Origin: Octopus sinensis | Lineage: Eukaryota | DNA length: 64,000 bases | Reading direction: 5' to 3' | Assembly: GCF_006345805.1 (NCBI RefSeq) | Contig: NC_043000.1 | Location: forward strand, 115,754,001-115,818,000 | Shown here: positions 12,677 to 26,367 of the stretch, piece by piece | How the letters are laid out: every line of letters starts with the position of its first letter | How positions within the stretch are numbered: the stretch's first letter is position 1 | Notes under the pieces: generated by a model | Told to the model about the DNA's origin: nothing | The model's database searches: none | The model's input: only the letters and a program-made list of their open reading frames with translations | Program-made: the position numbers and the translations under genes

Positions 12677-13157
12677 ATGAAGATTTTTTTTTCTCATTTT
12701 CTGGTGGGCGTATCCTTCAAATACTTTGTTTTTACAAAAACAACATTTACCATTATTGGAAAACTGTATTTCAAGTGTTCACATGAAGTGAAAATGTTTT
12801 TTTCTCATTGTGAGAAATATAGTTTGGTGTCTATCCTACCACCAAAAGTCGTTCGCCGTTTTTAAATAGTGTGTATTTTACGACTACGTTGGAAAGCTGT
12901 ATTCAAGTGGAGCAGTCAGGTTCGAATTGGAGCACCATAAGGGCTTGGAGTACATGAATGCTCAGAAGATTTTTTTGCAGTGTTTTCTTTTTTCTGAACT
13001 ATTGTTTTCTTCTTCTATTGTGACTTTTTATTGAACTGTCTGTTTTTTTATTTCTTTCTTCCCTTTTGTTTTCTTTTGAATTCTCTCTTTCCCTTTCTGT
13101 GAACTATTGTTTTGGACATAGAAAAAAATACGGATAAGATTGTTGTGTGAGAGATTG

Positions 13158-14224
13158 GGTACTAGTCGCGTAGACTGGACCTGGTGCGCGCATCCGCGCT
13201 AGCCAGTCGTAGGTAGTCGATCCTACAGCGACTTGCGTATGCAAATGAGCTGATTGGCGCAACACTGCAAAAACTAAGTTAATAGCGAGCCCCTACTGAA
13301 GCTTAGGAAATATTTTTCAACGATATACGGTGTATATTATTTTAAAGACAATTGCTTTTTTTTTTCGTTACAAAACAATTAGAAGCATTGAAAAAAAAGC
13401 AAAACAACCTTAAGAACAGTCAAACTTTTTTTTTTCGAAGTAGACCACTACAGGTGACAATTCACTTGTGTTTACTTTGAATAGCTACGGCAAACTGCAG
13501 CATGAAAATTCAAAAAAAGTTTTTAAAAATTGGCTTAACCCCTCCCCAACAAGGTAATTTTACTGTAGGCTTCAACAGGAAAATCGGTTACTGGTGACAA
13601 GCCAACAACGTGGGGTCAGAATTTAGTTGCCAGGCAGATAGAGGAAGGGTAGTACAGTGACAGATCACAGATGAAGATAACACTAATTGCCTCGTATGAA
13701 ATGGTTCACTGTGTTAACTTATGAGGCTCCTGTCAACGACCAAGTCTCTTCAATGTAAACTTATAGTAACCAAATTTCCCCCACGTAGAAATAAAACATT
13801 TCTATGAAGTAAAGGGTTACTTTACGTCTGGTTAAAAATAAACTCCTTTGATCAGGTCTGCACGACCAGGGCAGTCTTGGGACTGGGAACTGTTCAGCTG
13901 AAGTTAAAAACGAGAGTTCAGTTGGGTCTTTGGAGAAACTGAAAACAAGGAGCAAACGCAGACCTTGTAAAACTTCGGTCAAGAGCTGTTAGAAATAGCA
14001 GCCGAATTTTTTTTTAAAGTCAAACTGAACAATGCAGTATTGGATTTACAACAAAGCGGGATGGCCACGACCAAAATGTCTAAAAATTTAGGGTTGGTCA
14101 GGGGTTAAATTCCAGTTGAAAGAGAACGAGCATAGCTGAATGGTTAACGAAGTTTGCCGTAGCTATTAACTTAGTTTTTGCAGTGTTGCGCCAATCAGCT
14201 CATTTGCATACGCAAGTCGCTGTA
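13158..14224. mobile_element. Larger member of the same Mutator-like family, right TIR truncated
   Basis: Left end GGTACTAGTCGCGTAGACTGG matches the 12468 MITE; 13224-13286 is an exact 63-bp inverted repeat of 14162-14224. Confidence 0.75.
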
Positions 14225-14296
14225 TAATTGTTGCAATTATGGCAGGTAGAAAAACAACAACAACAACAACTTTAGGTATTGTAGCAATAACAGTGG

Positions 14297-14617
14297 TACT
14301 CCGTCGGTTATGGCGACGAGGGTTGGTCCAGTTGATCCAATCAATGGAACAGCCTGCTCGTGAAATTAACATGTAAGTGGCTGAGCTCTCCACACACACA
14401 CATGTACCCTTAACTTAGTTCTCGAGGAGATTCAGAGTGACAAAACTGGCCCCTTTGAAATACAGGTACAAGAGAAACAGGAAGAAAGATTGAGAGAAAG
14501 TTGTGGTGAAAGAGTACAGCAGGGTTCGCCACCGCCTCACTGCCGGAGCCTTGTGGAACTTTAGGTGTTTTCGCTGAATAGGCATTCACAATGCCCGGTC
14601 TGGGAATCGAAACCGCG
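14297..14617 (-). mobile_element. SINE group C
   Basis: Homologous to 16621-16996. Confidence 0.85.
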
Positions 14618-15050
14618 TTTTGTTTATTTACTGAAATTTGTGTAGTCTTCTTGCAGAAAACTAACCGTGCCAAAGTCGTTACCATAAAATGTTGCTCTTA
14701 GTTCACTATTAATAATGTATTCGTACAGACAAATAAGTTATGATAACAACTTTGTTGTTAATTGATTTATCTAAATATCAAGGGTTAACAATAAATAAAA
14801 GATAAACTAGAAGATAGACCAATAGAATTTAGTTCACGATTGTGGTGTTAAGTAAGTTCTTCTCACAAGTACCGGAGCGTTTTTTAACTTTTTTCTTTTG
14901 TAATCTAAAGTGCACATCCATGTTTTGTGTTTGCCTTATTTACTCAGGATAACTTTGAGCAGAGAAATTTCACTTGATAGTGTGAGATTTTTCCGTTTCA
15001 TTTCTCTTTCATCACACACTTGTTAACATTGTCATATATATATATTGGAT

Positions 15051-15325
15051 GACACAAAGGTGTGTGTATATATATATATATAAATATATACACACATATG
15101 TATGTATGTATATATACATATATATATATATGACACAAAGGTATATATATACACACACATATATATATATGTATATATATGACACAAAGGTATATATATA
15201 TATATACACACACATATATATATATGTATATATATATACATATATATATATATGACACAAAGGTATATATATACACACACATATATATATATGTATATAT
15301 ATGACACAAAGGTATATATATATAT

Positions 15326-15359
<34 letters not shown>

Positions 15360-15400
15360 GACACAAATGTATACATATATATATATATATAAGCACACAT
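15051..15400. repeat. Compound minisatellite anchored on GACACAAAGG
   Basis: Anchors at 15051, 15132, 15181, 15254, 15303 and 15360, separated by TA/CA tracts. Confidence 0.85.
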
Positions 15401-15670
15401 ATGTATATATATATATATATATATACATATGTATGTATATTCATATATATTTATATAAATGTATGTTTATCTCTATATATGTGTAAATATATATATATAT
15501 ATGCATAAATATATAGGTATAAATATATATATAATTATGCGTATTTATATATATACATACATTTGTATATATATATGTTTATATATGTGTGTATATATAC
15601 ATATGTATATATACACACATATATACACGTATATCAGAATGTATACACACACACACATAATATATATGTG

Positions 15671-15748
<78 letters not shown>

Positions 15749-16620
15749 CATGTGTGTGTGTATAAACACATACCTGCATACACATATATGCTCACGCACA
15801 CTCATACATACATATATATATAGGTGTATACACATATCCATACGTCAACACACGCTCGTAAATACGCACATACACACATGTACCAACGTGCTTATATCTG
15901 TGTGCTTGTATCTGTGTGTGTACGCGTGTGATCTGCAACACACACGCGTGAATATTGCATAGCATCGTTCGCAACATCAAAAGTATGAACACGAACCCCA
16001 CCACCACCACCACAACCACCACCACCACCACCACCAACCCAACAACTTCTATAAAGCACCAAAAAAAAAAAAAAAAAGAAACACCGAAGCAAAAAAATAA
16101 TAGACTAAAAATACAATACAAACAATGGCCGTACTAAATTTTTACATCCACAACTTTCTAATCTTAGAGACAAATCTCTCGGCTTTAAGTTTGAAACTTC
16201 GGTGGTTTTTTTTGTTTCATATTTCCGTCAGTGAAAAGGATTTGTTCACGTTATGCTGTTAGATTAGTTTTTTTTTTTTATATATATCATGTAAATAACG
16301 ACAAAAGCCTTTGGTAAAGTGTTTCTGTAATGTTGCTGTTGTTTGTATTGTTGTCGTTGTTCCAGTTCCCGTTGTTTATTAATTGTTGTTGTTATTGTTG
16401 TTGAAAATCAATAAAAATATTTCTTATTGAAATACGACCAGCATCAATGTAATCTTGATGCAGAATGCTAAAACCATCGGTTCCTTCTCTCTTTCTCTCT
16501 CTCTCTCGTTCACACACACACACGCACATATACATGCAAGTATACGTACACATATACACACAAGGAATGACAACATGCAATCATACATACGTATATTCAT
16601 ACATACATAATGTATGCATA

Positions 16621-16996
16621 TGTGGAGGCGCAATGGCCCAGTGTTTCGAGCAGCGGACTCGCGGTCATAGAATCGCGGTTTCAATTCCAAGACCGGGAGT
16701 GTTTATTGAGCGAAAGCACTTAAAGCTCCACGATCTCCGGCAGGGGGTGGTGGCGAACCCAGCTGTACTCTTTCACCACAACTTTCCCTCACTCTTTCTT
16801 CCTGTTTCTGCTGCTGTTGTATTTCAAAGGGGCCAACCTTGTCACACTCTGTGTCACGCTGACTCTCCCTGAGAACTACGATAAGGGTACGCGTGTCTGT
16901 GGAGTGCTCAGCCACTTGCACGTTAATTTCATGAGCAGGCTGTTCCGTTGATCATATCAACTGGGACCCTCGTCGTCGCAACCGACGGAGTACCAC
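16621..16996 (+). mobile_element. SINE group C, full length
   Basis: tRNA-like head TGGCCCAGTG...GTTTCAATTCC; tail CCCTCGTCGTCGCAACCGACGGAG. Confidence 0.9.
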
Positions 16997-17425
16997 GATG
17001 CATGCATATATACAGGCATACGTAAATGCATACATACGTATATACATGCATATATACATACATATGTACATGCATGCACATCGATGTATACTCAAGCGCA
17101 TCCACTTACACTCACAAGTATACATACATGTACGTACACATATGTACCTGGAAACATGCGTCATAAATGCATAAATAAATGCGTACATATATACATACTT
17201 GCATATACAGTGATGCATACTCAAGTGCGCGCGCACACACACACACAAACGTACACGCACACACATAAACACACACAGAAACCTAGTCATACCTGCAACG
17301 ATAAACATACAGACATAAGCTAACGAGGGAGCCTGTGTGGGGTCGCTCGACCAGCAAGAAATAATAACCAAATCTCCATTAAATTACATTAGAAAAGACC
17401 AGATTAGATGAAGGAAACGTAAATA

Positions 17426-17937
17426 ACGTAAATCCTCGTGTATAGTCCGCCCTTGAATATAATACGCAGGGGATTTTTAGAGGGCAGTACCTCTGAAAAA
17501 CCTAAACCTTGTGTATAATACGCACCCCTTCTCTAACTTGAGTCAAGGAGGTCTATATAACGTCCTTGGTTTGTAAAAAATGTATACGGTAACGTCCTTT
17601 ATTATTATTGTATATATAACATAATGCAAACGTGTAGCTTTTTTGTGCATTTGTTTGCAGAAAATAAAGAAATAACAGTAATAACGTTTAATAAATGTTG
17701 CTTTTTGCAAGTTATGGATGATTCTTTTATGACTTCATTGCTTTCATGCTTAGCTTCAGGTATTTTCGCGCCCGACATCACAAAATGCGTCTGAATAAAC
17801 ATTGCTGGACAGCAAATAGAGACTCGGACATTGCTTAGAAAATAATTTTCCTTTTTAACCTCGTATATAGTACGCACCAGGGATTTTGAGCTTTAATTTT
17901 TTTGGGGAAAATGCGGATTATACTCGAGGATTTACGG
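17426..17937 (-). mobile_element. pogo/Tigger-like MITE copy 1
   Basis: TA-flanked TIRs (C)CGTAAATCCTCG.GTATA; interior near-identical to copy 2 in the opposite orientation. Confidence 0.88.
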
Positions 17938-18066
17938 TACACATAAAAAGAGCTTTGAATATCTGATATAGTCAATGATGTAACATCGTGAATTAGGCCA
18001 GTCTGGAGCGTTAAAACGAGACAGAGCCCATCTCTGTATAAAGTAAATTTCACCGAGATAGTGTGT

Positions 18067-18100
<34 letters not shown>

Positions 18101-18314
18101 CGAATGTGTGTGACTGGTTCTTTGTTTATCGACCATGAGCGGATACAAGGTAAATTTGACGTCTGTGCTATTTGAACCCAGAGCTTCAGAACAGCAGTGT
18201 ATTCTGTCGGAAGCTCTAACGACTCTGCCAATTGACCGTATACTTAGTTCATATGTCTTAAGTGCAATTTAATTTGTGGCCTATCATCTTATATTTGGTC
18301 AACACACATACTTA

Positions 18315-18816
18315 CCGTAAATCCTTGTGTATAATCCGCATTTTCCTCCCAAAATTTAAAGGTCAAAATCCCTAGTGTGTACTATATACGAGGTTAAAAA
18401 GGAAAATATTTTTCTAAGCAATGCCCGAGACTCTATTTACTGTCCAGCAATGTTTATTCAGACACATTTTGTGATGTCGGGCGCGAAAATACATGAAGCT
18501 AAGCATGAAAGCAATGAAGTCATAAAAGAATCATCCATAACTTGCAAAAAGCAACATTTATTAAACGTTATTAATGTTATTGCTTTATTTTCTGCAAACA
18601 AAATGCACAAAAATGCTACACGTTTGCATTATGTTATATATACATACAATAATAATAAAGGACGTTACAGTATACATTTTTACAAACCAAGGACGTTATA
18701 TAGACCTCCTTGACTCAAGTTAGAGAAGGGTGCATATTATACACAAGGTTTAGGTTTTTCAGAGGTAATCCCCTGTGTATTATACTCAAGGCCCTATTAT
18801 ATTCGAGGATTTACGG
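18315..18816 (+). mobile_element. pogo/Tigger-like MITE copy 2
   Basis: TA|CCGTAAATCCTTGTGTATAATCCGC...TATTCGAGGATTTACGG|TA. Confidence 0.9.
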
Positions 18817-18980
18817 TAATTATTGATACCTCACTTCCAACAGTTGTAAGGATTAGGTGCTATGATCTTCTGATTCTTATTTTTCTATGAGTGTCTTTTG
18901 TGTTTAAGACTTCCTCTGTTGGAATCTCGTTGGAGTGGTTGTTCCTGCCTTTTGGTTTTAGTAGAAACAATCTGTAGCCC

Positions 18981-19070
18981 AAGGCGGCGAGCTGCCAGAA
19001 TCGTTAGCACGTCGGGAAAATACTTAGCGGTATTTCTCTTGACTCTTTATGTTCTGAGTTCGAACTCGCA
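18981..19070 (+). mobile_element. SINE group B head fragment
   Basis: AAGGCGGCGAGCTGCCAGAATCGTTAGCAC...GAGTTCGAACTC. Confidence 0.7.
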
Positions 19071-20526
19071 AAATTGACCTCAGCGGAATTGGAGAAAATG
19101 TCAGAGAAGTGTAATAGATGAAATGAATGACACCAATCAGAAAATAATTCAACAGATACAAATAGAACAGTTTGAGGCAAAACTGGTCTGATAATGTTCA
19201 CAATTTCAAGAAATTCTGTGAGCATACCACGTATTTTCTTCTAAATTAGTCCGGAGATGTGCTTGACTCTACGATGAGAAACCAACCATCAGATGGCCAG
19301 CTTAGTGATGCCTTGAACCATGTCATATTGACTTACGAAGGCTCCAGAGTTCTTTCCTGTCCTTACCATAACCAGACATGATGGCCAGAAAAAGAGCGAG
19401 AGAAAAAAATGAGCAGAATAACAGTAAACAGCTTTGTAGAAATTATTTTAAAATAATAAATTGCCAAAAACCAAAACACGATTTATGAAATTTTTGATAC
19501 GTTAAAATAAAACAAACTAACATAGGAAGTTGTTTTGTTCCATTGGTGTTTACATGCGACTAATTATGTTTTAAAACCATTTAAATAAAAATTTGAATCA
19601 GACAAGAAATAAGAAATTCGTATGAAACATTTTTCATATAAATTATACGCGTTGGAAAATCGTGTGGAAAGCAACGCTTCGGTACAACTTCCGGGCGTTT
19701 TCATTATTCCTATATTTTTGTTTTAATTACTCTTAAAAATCCAGATGAAAATTATTTAATTCTGTAAACGTCGTGAAAATTGATGAAGTAGAATAAAAAA
19801 ACAACCAAACAAAAAACGAAAGGAACTTCTGAGGCAAAAGGGAACAACTGGGAGAATGACACCTGATGTCTTCTTTAAAATTATATCTCTGTTATTTTTG
19901 GAAAACAACCAAAATAATTAAGCTTAATTGAAAGGCAAAATTATTCAAATATGTTTAAAACTGATAAATAAATGGAATCGGGCATTAAAAATTTATGATT
20001 GCCAAATTTATTATTTGAAAAAGTATTTCTTATTTTTATTTAAATGAATTTAAAAATAATTATTAGCATTTGGATATCAATAGAACAACAATTTCAAATT
20101 GATTTTTAAAAAGCATTAAAAATTTTATAAAGGGTATTTTGGTATCGGCGTTTTGCTATTTAAAAATAATTCCTACATAGTTGTTTATTGATATCGTTCT
20201 GTTCGCTTTCTATCGCTTTTCTCCGGGAAATGGTAAATGCAATAATGGACTCCAGAATCCTGATAGTTCTAGAAGACTACATTCAAGTGATCATCATGCC
20301 AGTTTCTGATGGCATTAAGTGCACTTTGGTTCCGATTAATGAGGAAATTAGTGGCGTGCTCAATGCGTTTCATGAAAATGGGAGCAGGATCTGATCAGCT
20401 TTGACTCATTTGATCAACAGCTAATTTATCCATATTTTCTTTTTTCATACATACATACATACGTACATACATACTGTTGTGTCGACGCCCCCAGACGATG
20501 AAGTAGGCTAGCCCAATACGTAAATA

Positions 20527-20700
20527 TATATTTCTTTACTACCCACAAGGGGCTAAACATAGAGGGGACAAACAAGGACAGACAAACGGATTAAGTGGAT
20601 TACATCGACCCCAGTGCGAAACTGGTACTTTATTTATCGACCCCGAAAGGATGAAAGGCAAAGTCGACCTCAGCGGAATTGGAACTCAGAACGTAACGAC
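20527..20700 (-). mobile_element. SINE group B, headless unit
   Basis: Matches the 182-184-bp group B unit. Confidence 0.88.
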
Positions 20701-20843
20701 ATACACACACACGCACAAAAAGACACACACACATACTGAATTCAAAGCCGCTATTCCGAAATTCTCTTTTAGCTTGGAAAACCAATTGGAAATATAATTT
20801 ATGGTTAGAAATATATCCGCCACTAAAACGCGTAAACACACGC

Positions 20844-20879
<36 letters not shown>

Positions 20880-21289
20880 CACACACACACACACACGTAT
20901 AAACGTATGTACGGATGTACTGTCTTCAGAGCAAGTCACAGAAATATATTAATTGAATATATGCATACGTGCGGTAATATGTATACATGAGCGCATATAC
21001 ACACACATATATATATATGTGTGCGTTTGTGTATATATATATATATATACATACATACATACGGACATACACACTCGCACACACACACACTTACATATAC
21101 ACACACGCACATCGCACATGCATATGTATAACAAGTATCCTGGTATAAATGGAAAATGTCATTGAAGCAAAATATTGGAAAATATGACGGAAATTCTCGT
21201 AGATTTATGCGTGTCCGTAAGCATATACAAAGATGAAAACGCACATGTATGCGTGTGTAGATATAGTGAGAATTTATTAAAAACAAAAA

Positions 21290-21430
21290 AGAAAAAGAAA
21301 AAACAAAAGACGAAGACAGGTGTGTAAACAACAAACAGATGTATTAGTTTAACGCTCGGGAAGTGAGAAAGTATTTTACGTTTCGAGCCTACGCTCTTCG
21401 ACAGAAAGGAACACAGAAATAAACAGGGAA
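21290..21430 (-). mobile_element. Penelope-type short element with variant hammerhead fold
   Basis: Minus strand: CTTT CTGTCGA A GAGC GTAG GCTC GAAAC GTA AAAT at 21408-21373; close copy of the 11148 element. Confidence 0.7.
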
Positions 21431-22374
21431 AGAAAATAAAAATATGTGTGTGTTTGTGTGTATGTATATATATATATATATATATGTGTTTGTTTTGTAC
21501 ACACACATGTAAGTATGCGTATACATGCATATATACTTTTTCTATATATACATATATATATTTGAAAAAGAATAAAGAATGCAATTTTATGTAGCTTGAA
21601 GTAGGAATTGTCACTCTTATGTGAAATTAGGAAAAAATAAAAACGATGAATGTGAGAAATAAAAGGAAGTTGTATGTTTGTGTGTGGAATGGAATGGGAA
21701 AAATAAAGGGGAGAAGAGATAGAGGAGAAACGGATTCAAAATGAAGAGATGAAACGACAAAACGTGGGAAAATACAGAAATAGAAAAATAGATGATGATA
21801 AGGACATAAAGGGAGGAAAAAGGATCAAATATTTTGCATTGCTTTATGTATTTATATATGCTTGACTTAGATCAACCAGAAAAAAAGAAAATTACTGATA
21901 AAAAGTAATAGAGAGAACGAGTTAAATGTGTGAATGTTTAAATAGAAACTATGAAAGAAGAGGAGAAAGAAAGAAAGAGATAAAGAGAAAGACAGTGAGA
22001 AAGAGAATGAGAGATCGTTAAAGCAGGAATGCAGATGAGAATGTTTTGGCAGTGGTTGCAGAACAATGAAGGTCAAACGGGTTAGAAAAATGTTTGAAAA
22101 AATATGTTCAACTTAAAGGGAAAAAGTTTCATCCATTAATCCCTTAAAATTGATAAGTAAATCTATAGATTAAGGGTCAGTGCAGTTAAATTGGATGGGC
22201 ACTGATAAACAATGGGAGTTTGCAATGGAGGGGGACTAGAAGGAAAGTGAGGATGAGGAGCGTTAAGAAATCTGATGATTAATGTAAAATTAGGAGGTAT
22301 AGTTTGACTGAACGTAGGATGTTGTGGTTCCCTTGGATATGGAAACTGAAGGAAGCACGTTGCACGTATATATA

Positions 22375-22866
<492 letters not shown>

Positions 22867-23315
22867 ATACATCATAGATGTTCAAACGCACGCACACACA
22901 TATACACACACATATAAACACACACCTATATACACATAAATATACATACATATGTGTGTGTGTGTGTGTGTGTGTGTTATGTTAAAGGTGTAGCTATACT
23001 ATAAGAAAAATAATAAATAGTGGATCTTTGGAAAATATTTATACATAGTTACTTGTGTTTTTCGATGTTTGTTTCCATAATTTATAAAAACGATTTTTAA
23101 AAAGTATATTTGAAATGTCATGCTTCAAGGAAAATATAGAGTTTCAGATGTATTTTTAGCAGTTTTGTATATTCGATCGCTATAAGGTATCATCGGGGAT
23201 TGTGATCAGACATCTGTAGAGAATTGATGGTATGCTGTTGTTAAGGTTGGACGAATTATTTGTGGAGTCTGACTGTTTATTTCGTATTCGTGATTATTGT
23301 AATAATAATAATAAA

Positions 23316-23862
23316 TGCCCTGATGCAGTATCAGGCAGTGGCTCTCATGGCTTCTGATCTTAACTGATTGGAAGTGTTATCATGTACATTGTTTTGTCTT
23401 GGTATAAAAGATGGGCTACAGCAAGTATTCTACTCAATACCACCGATTTGCTTGTCAGTTTGACATTAACCATTTGAGCATGTCCCTTAGTGGCTGACGA
23501 TATGTGCTTCTCTGATCACGAGCAGAAGTAGTGGGGGAGTATCATAGCCGTGTGTTGAAAGGAATTCTTAAAAGTTTGGATCATTCACCTTTAGAAACAT
23601 GTTTCGTTCAACATCCTTAAGCAACACTTATTCAGGGACCTTTTGAGTGGGATGGGTTACCCGACCAGAAAAAAATTCTAACTAGGCCCCACCTGCAAGT
23701 TCATGTGCTGTTTATCTTGATATGTGATCACCATGTCGCGCACATATGGTTGTGATGCATGTGCCTAATGTACCCTTATCAGACGGATAGTCATGATGGG
23801 TATATTGGGCTTCATATATTTTACTCCAGTGTCATTTTGATGTATGCACTGCTCTCTCACTC
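23316..23862. mobile_element. About 550-bp interspersed element bounded by (AAT)n on both sides
   Basis: Balanced-composition block between AATAATAATAAT tracts; no ORF; I recall it as a high-copy octopus repeat. Confidence 0.55.
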
Positions 23863-23889
23863 AATAATAATAATAATAATTCTTTTTTT

Positions 23890-24256
23890 CTTTTATTTGT
23901 TTCCGTCATTTGACTGCGGCCATGCTGGAGCACTGCCTTTCGTCGAGCAAATCGACCCCAGCACTTATTCTTTGTAAGCCTAGTACTTATTCTATCGTTT
24001 TGTTTTGCCGAACAGCTAAGTTACGGAGACGTAAACACCAGCATCGGTTGTCAAGCTATGCTGGGGAACAAACACAGACATACAAACATACACACACAGA
24101 CATATATATACGACAGGCTTCTTTCAGTTTCCGTCTACCAAATCCACTCACAAAGCTTTGGTCGGCCTGAGGCTATAGGTGCCGCGCAGTGGGACTGAAC
24201 CCATAACCATGTGGTTGGTAAGCAAGCTACTTACCACACATCCACTCCTGCGCCTA
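23890..24256 (-). mobile_element. SINE group A
   Basis: Ends ...CCACTCCTGCGCCTA. Confidence 0.9.
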
Positions 24257-24261
24257 CAATA

Positions 24262-24285
24262 TCAATAATAATAATGATGATGATA

Positions 24286-24316
<31 letters not shown>

Positions 24317-24491
24317 AATAATAATACTGATAATGATAATAATAATAATAAATAATGATAATAATGATAATAATAATAATGATAATAATAATAATGATAA
24401 TAATAATAATTATAATAATGATAATGATAATAATAATAAATAATGATGATAATAATAATAATAATGATAATAATAATAAAAATAAATAATG

Positions 24492-24529
<38 letters not shown>

Positions 24530-24560
24530 TGATAATAATAATAAATCATGATAATAATAA
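24262..24560. repeat. (AAT)n/(GAT)n microsatellite
   Basis: Direct inspection. Confidence 0.95.
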
Positions 24561-24710
24561 TAACAACATTGGAAAATACCTTAGAGAACCTAGGTTTGAA
24601 ATTCCCGCGGCACACCTGATGAAGTCTGAAGAGTACATCAGCCGAAACGTTATGTTAATAACAAACAAGATGAGGAGAAATATCCGTCAAATGTAAATAA
24701 TGTAAATATG
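24555..24710 (+). mobile_element. Penelope-type terminal fragment with hammerhead core
   Basis: CACAC CTGATGA A GTCTGA AGAGTACA TCAGCC GAAAC GTT ATGTT at 24611-24656. Confidence 0.65.
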
Positions 24711-24807
24711 GTTATTCTTTCAGAAGCTTAATCCTACAGAAACTTTGTTATTAACCCACATTAGCCCCTGTTGTGGTTTTCTCATTGTTAAATATTGGGT
24801 TTGTCGT

Positions 24808-25225
24808 TTTTCTTTCATTTGTTTCAGTCAATGGACTGCAGCCATGCTGGGGCAACGCCTTGAAAATAATTTTCAAATTCGATTCCTTTCAAAGAAGTAC
24901 CGCATTCAAAGGAACCGAGTGCAGTACTTTTTTCAAGCTTGATACTTATTCTGTCGGTGTCTTTTTGCCGAACCGTTAAGCTACGGTGACGTAAACAAAA
25001 ACTACATCGGTTGTCCAGCGATGGTGGGGTCAAACACAAACACAAAGATATATACACACACACGCGCGTACATGCACATATATACGGCAGGCTTCTTTCA
25101 GTCTCCTTCTACCAAATTCACTCACGGCCCGAGGTTATAGAAGAAGACACTTGCCCTAAGTATCACGCAGCGGCACTGCTCTCGGAACCATGTAGTTGGG
25201 AAGACAAATCTTCCAGCACAGTCAC
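24808..25225 (-). mobile_element. SINE group A (degenerate)
   Basis: Homology to the group A consensus. Confidence 0.75.
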
Positions 25226-25898
25226 GCTTATTAGATAAATTCGTTCGTTCTTCTCCCCATTTCATTTTAACCCTTCCGAATGTTATTTGAATTAACACGA
25301 AAAATATTTTCATTTTATGGTCAATTTTGTGCTTTATTCTTTCTCTACAACCTTTGCCTACCGTTTGTGGAAGCTGAATATATTATAACTCTTTTCAGAC
25401 ATATTATATATTATATTATATATCTTTTTATATTATATTATAGTATATTTTTATATTATATATTATACCTCTTCTCAGACATATAAGATAGAGTGCCAAA
25501 AAACCCCCAGAAATTTTATAAACCACGGAAAGACACAAGGCAAAACAACGCAGTTGATATTTTCTCTGAGAACTTAATGTAAACGAGCCACAGCTCTCCA
25601 GGTAAGAAATAATAATTTATTTTGTAGGTTAATATCTTTGCAGTGACAAGAACAGTTTTACTATTCCCTATCGCCGCAAATCTACAATAATTCATGTAAT
25701 ATTTACTTTTAATTTGGAAATTCTCTGTTTGGAAAAAAAAAACATTTATTTAAATGATGTAATTACTTCGATGCAATAAACACCCAGAAGAAAGAAAGAA
25801 AGAATCTCTCAACGCCATTTCGCTTTGATGCCACATTGAAGAATCAATACTTAATTGGGTGTTTGTGCAGTATTATTGCACGCACACACATACCCACG

Positions 25899-25976
<78 letters not shown>

Positions 25977-26317
25977 AAATATCTACAGCGTGTTTAATTC
26001 TTGTGTTGTTTCTGTGTTACTATTGCTAGCTTGTTTTACCTAACGTGCAAACTCTCTTTAAATGTCGGATTTACAAATGGATTCGATATTCGTTACTTAC
26101 TGTTACTAGTGATTCATTTATTTTTTACGGAAAGTAATGACACACATCTGTCATGTGATCAACGATGCCCAGTAGAGTTCTGGATTATTTCCAAAGAGAT
26201 TAATTCTGTGAAAAATGTCATTAAATCACACGCACACACACGCATACATACAGATCATTGGTTCGAAAATTTTCTCTCCCTTTCCCTCTGACTGTGAGTC
26301 TATCTCTGTCCCTCATT

Positions 26318-26350
<33 letters not shown>

Positions 26351-26367
26351 ATTTATATATATATGTA

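Noticed and set aside
16621-16700. tRNA-like A/B boxes in SINE heads (groups A-D)
   Set aside because: No closed cloverleaf or acceptor stem, and they continue into SINE bodies
19090-19400. Balanced-composition stretch with short open frames
   Set aside because: Stops in all frames within about 50 codons and no recognisable motif
20188-20394. 68-aa ORF with protein-like composition
   Set aside because: No recognisable motif or convincing splice sites; a BLASTX hit would be needed
25267-25300. TTAA-CCCTT piggyBac-like end
   Set aside because: No matching AAGGG-TTAA end at a plausible distance
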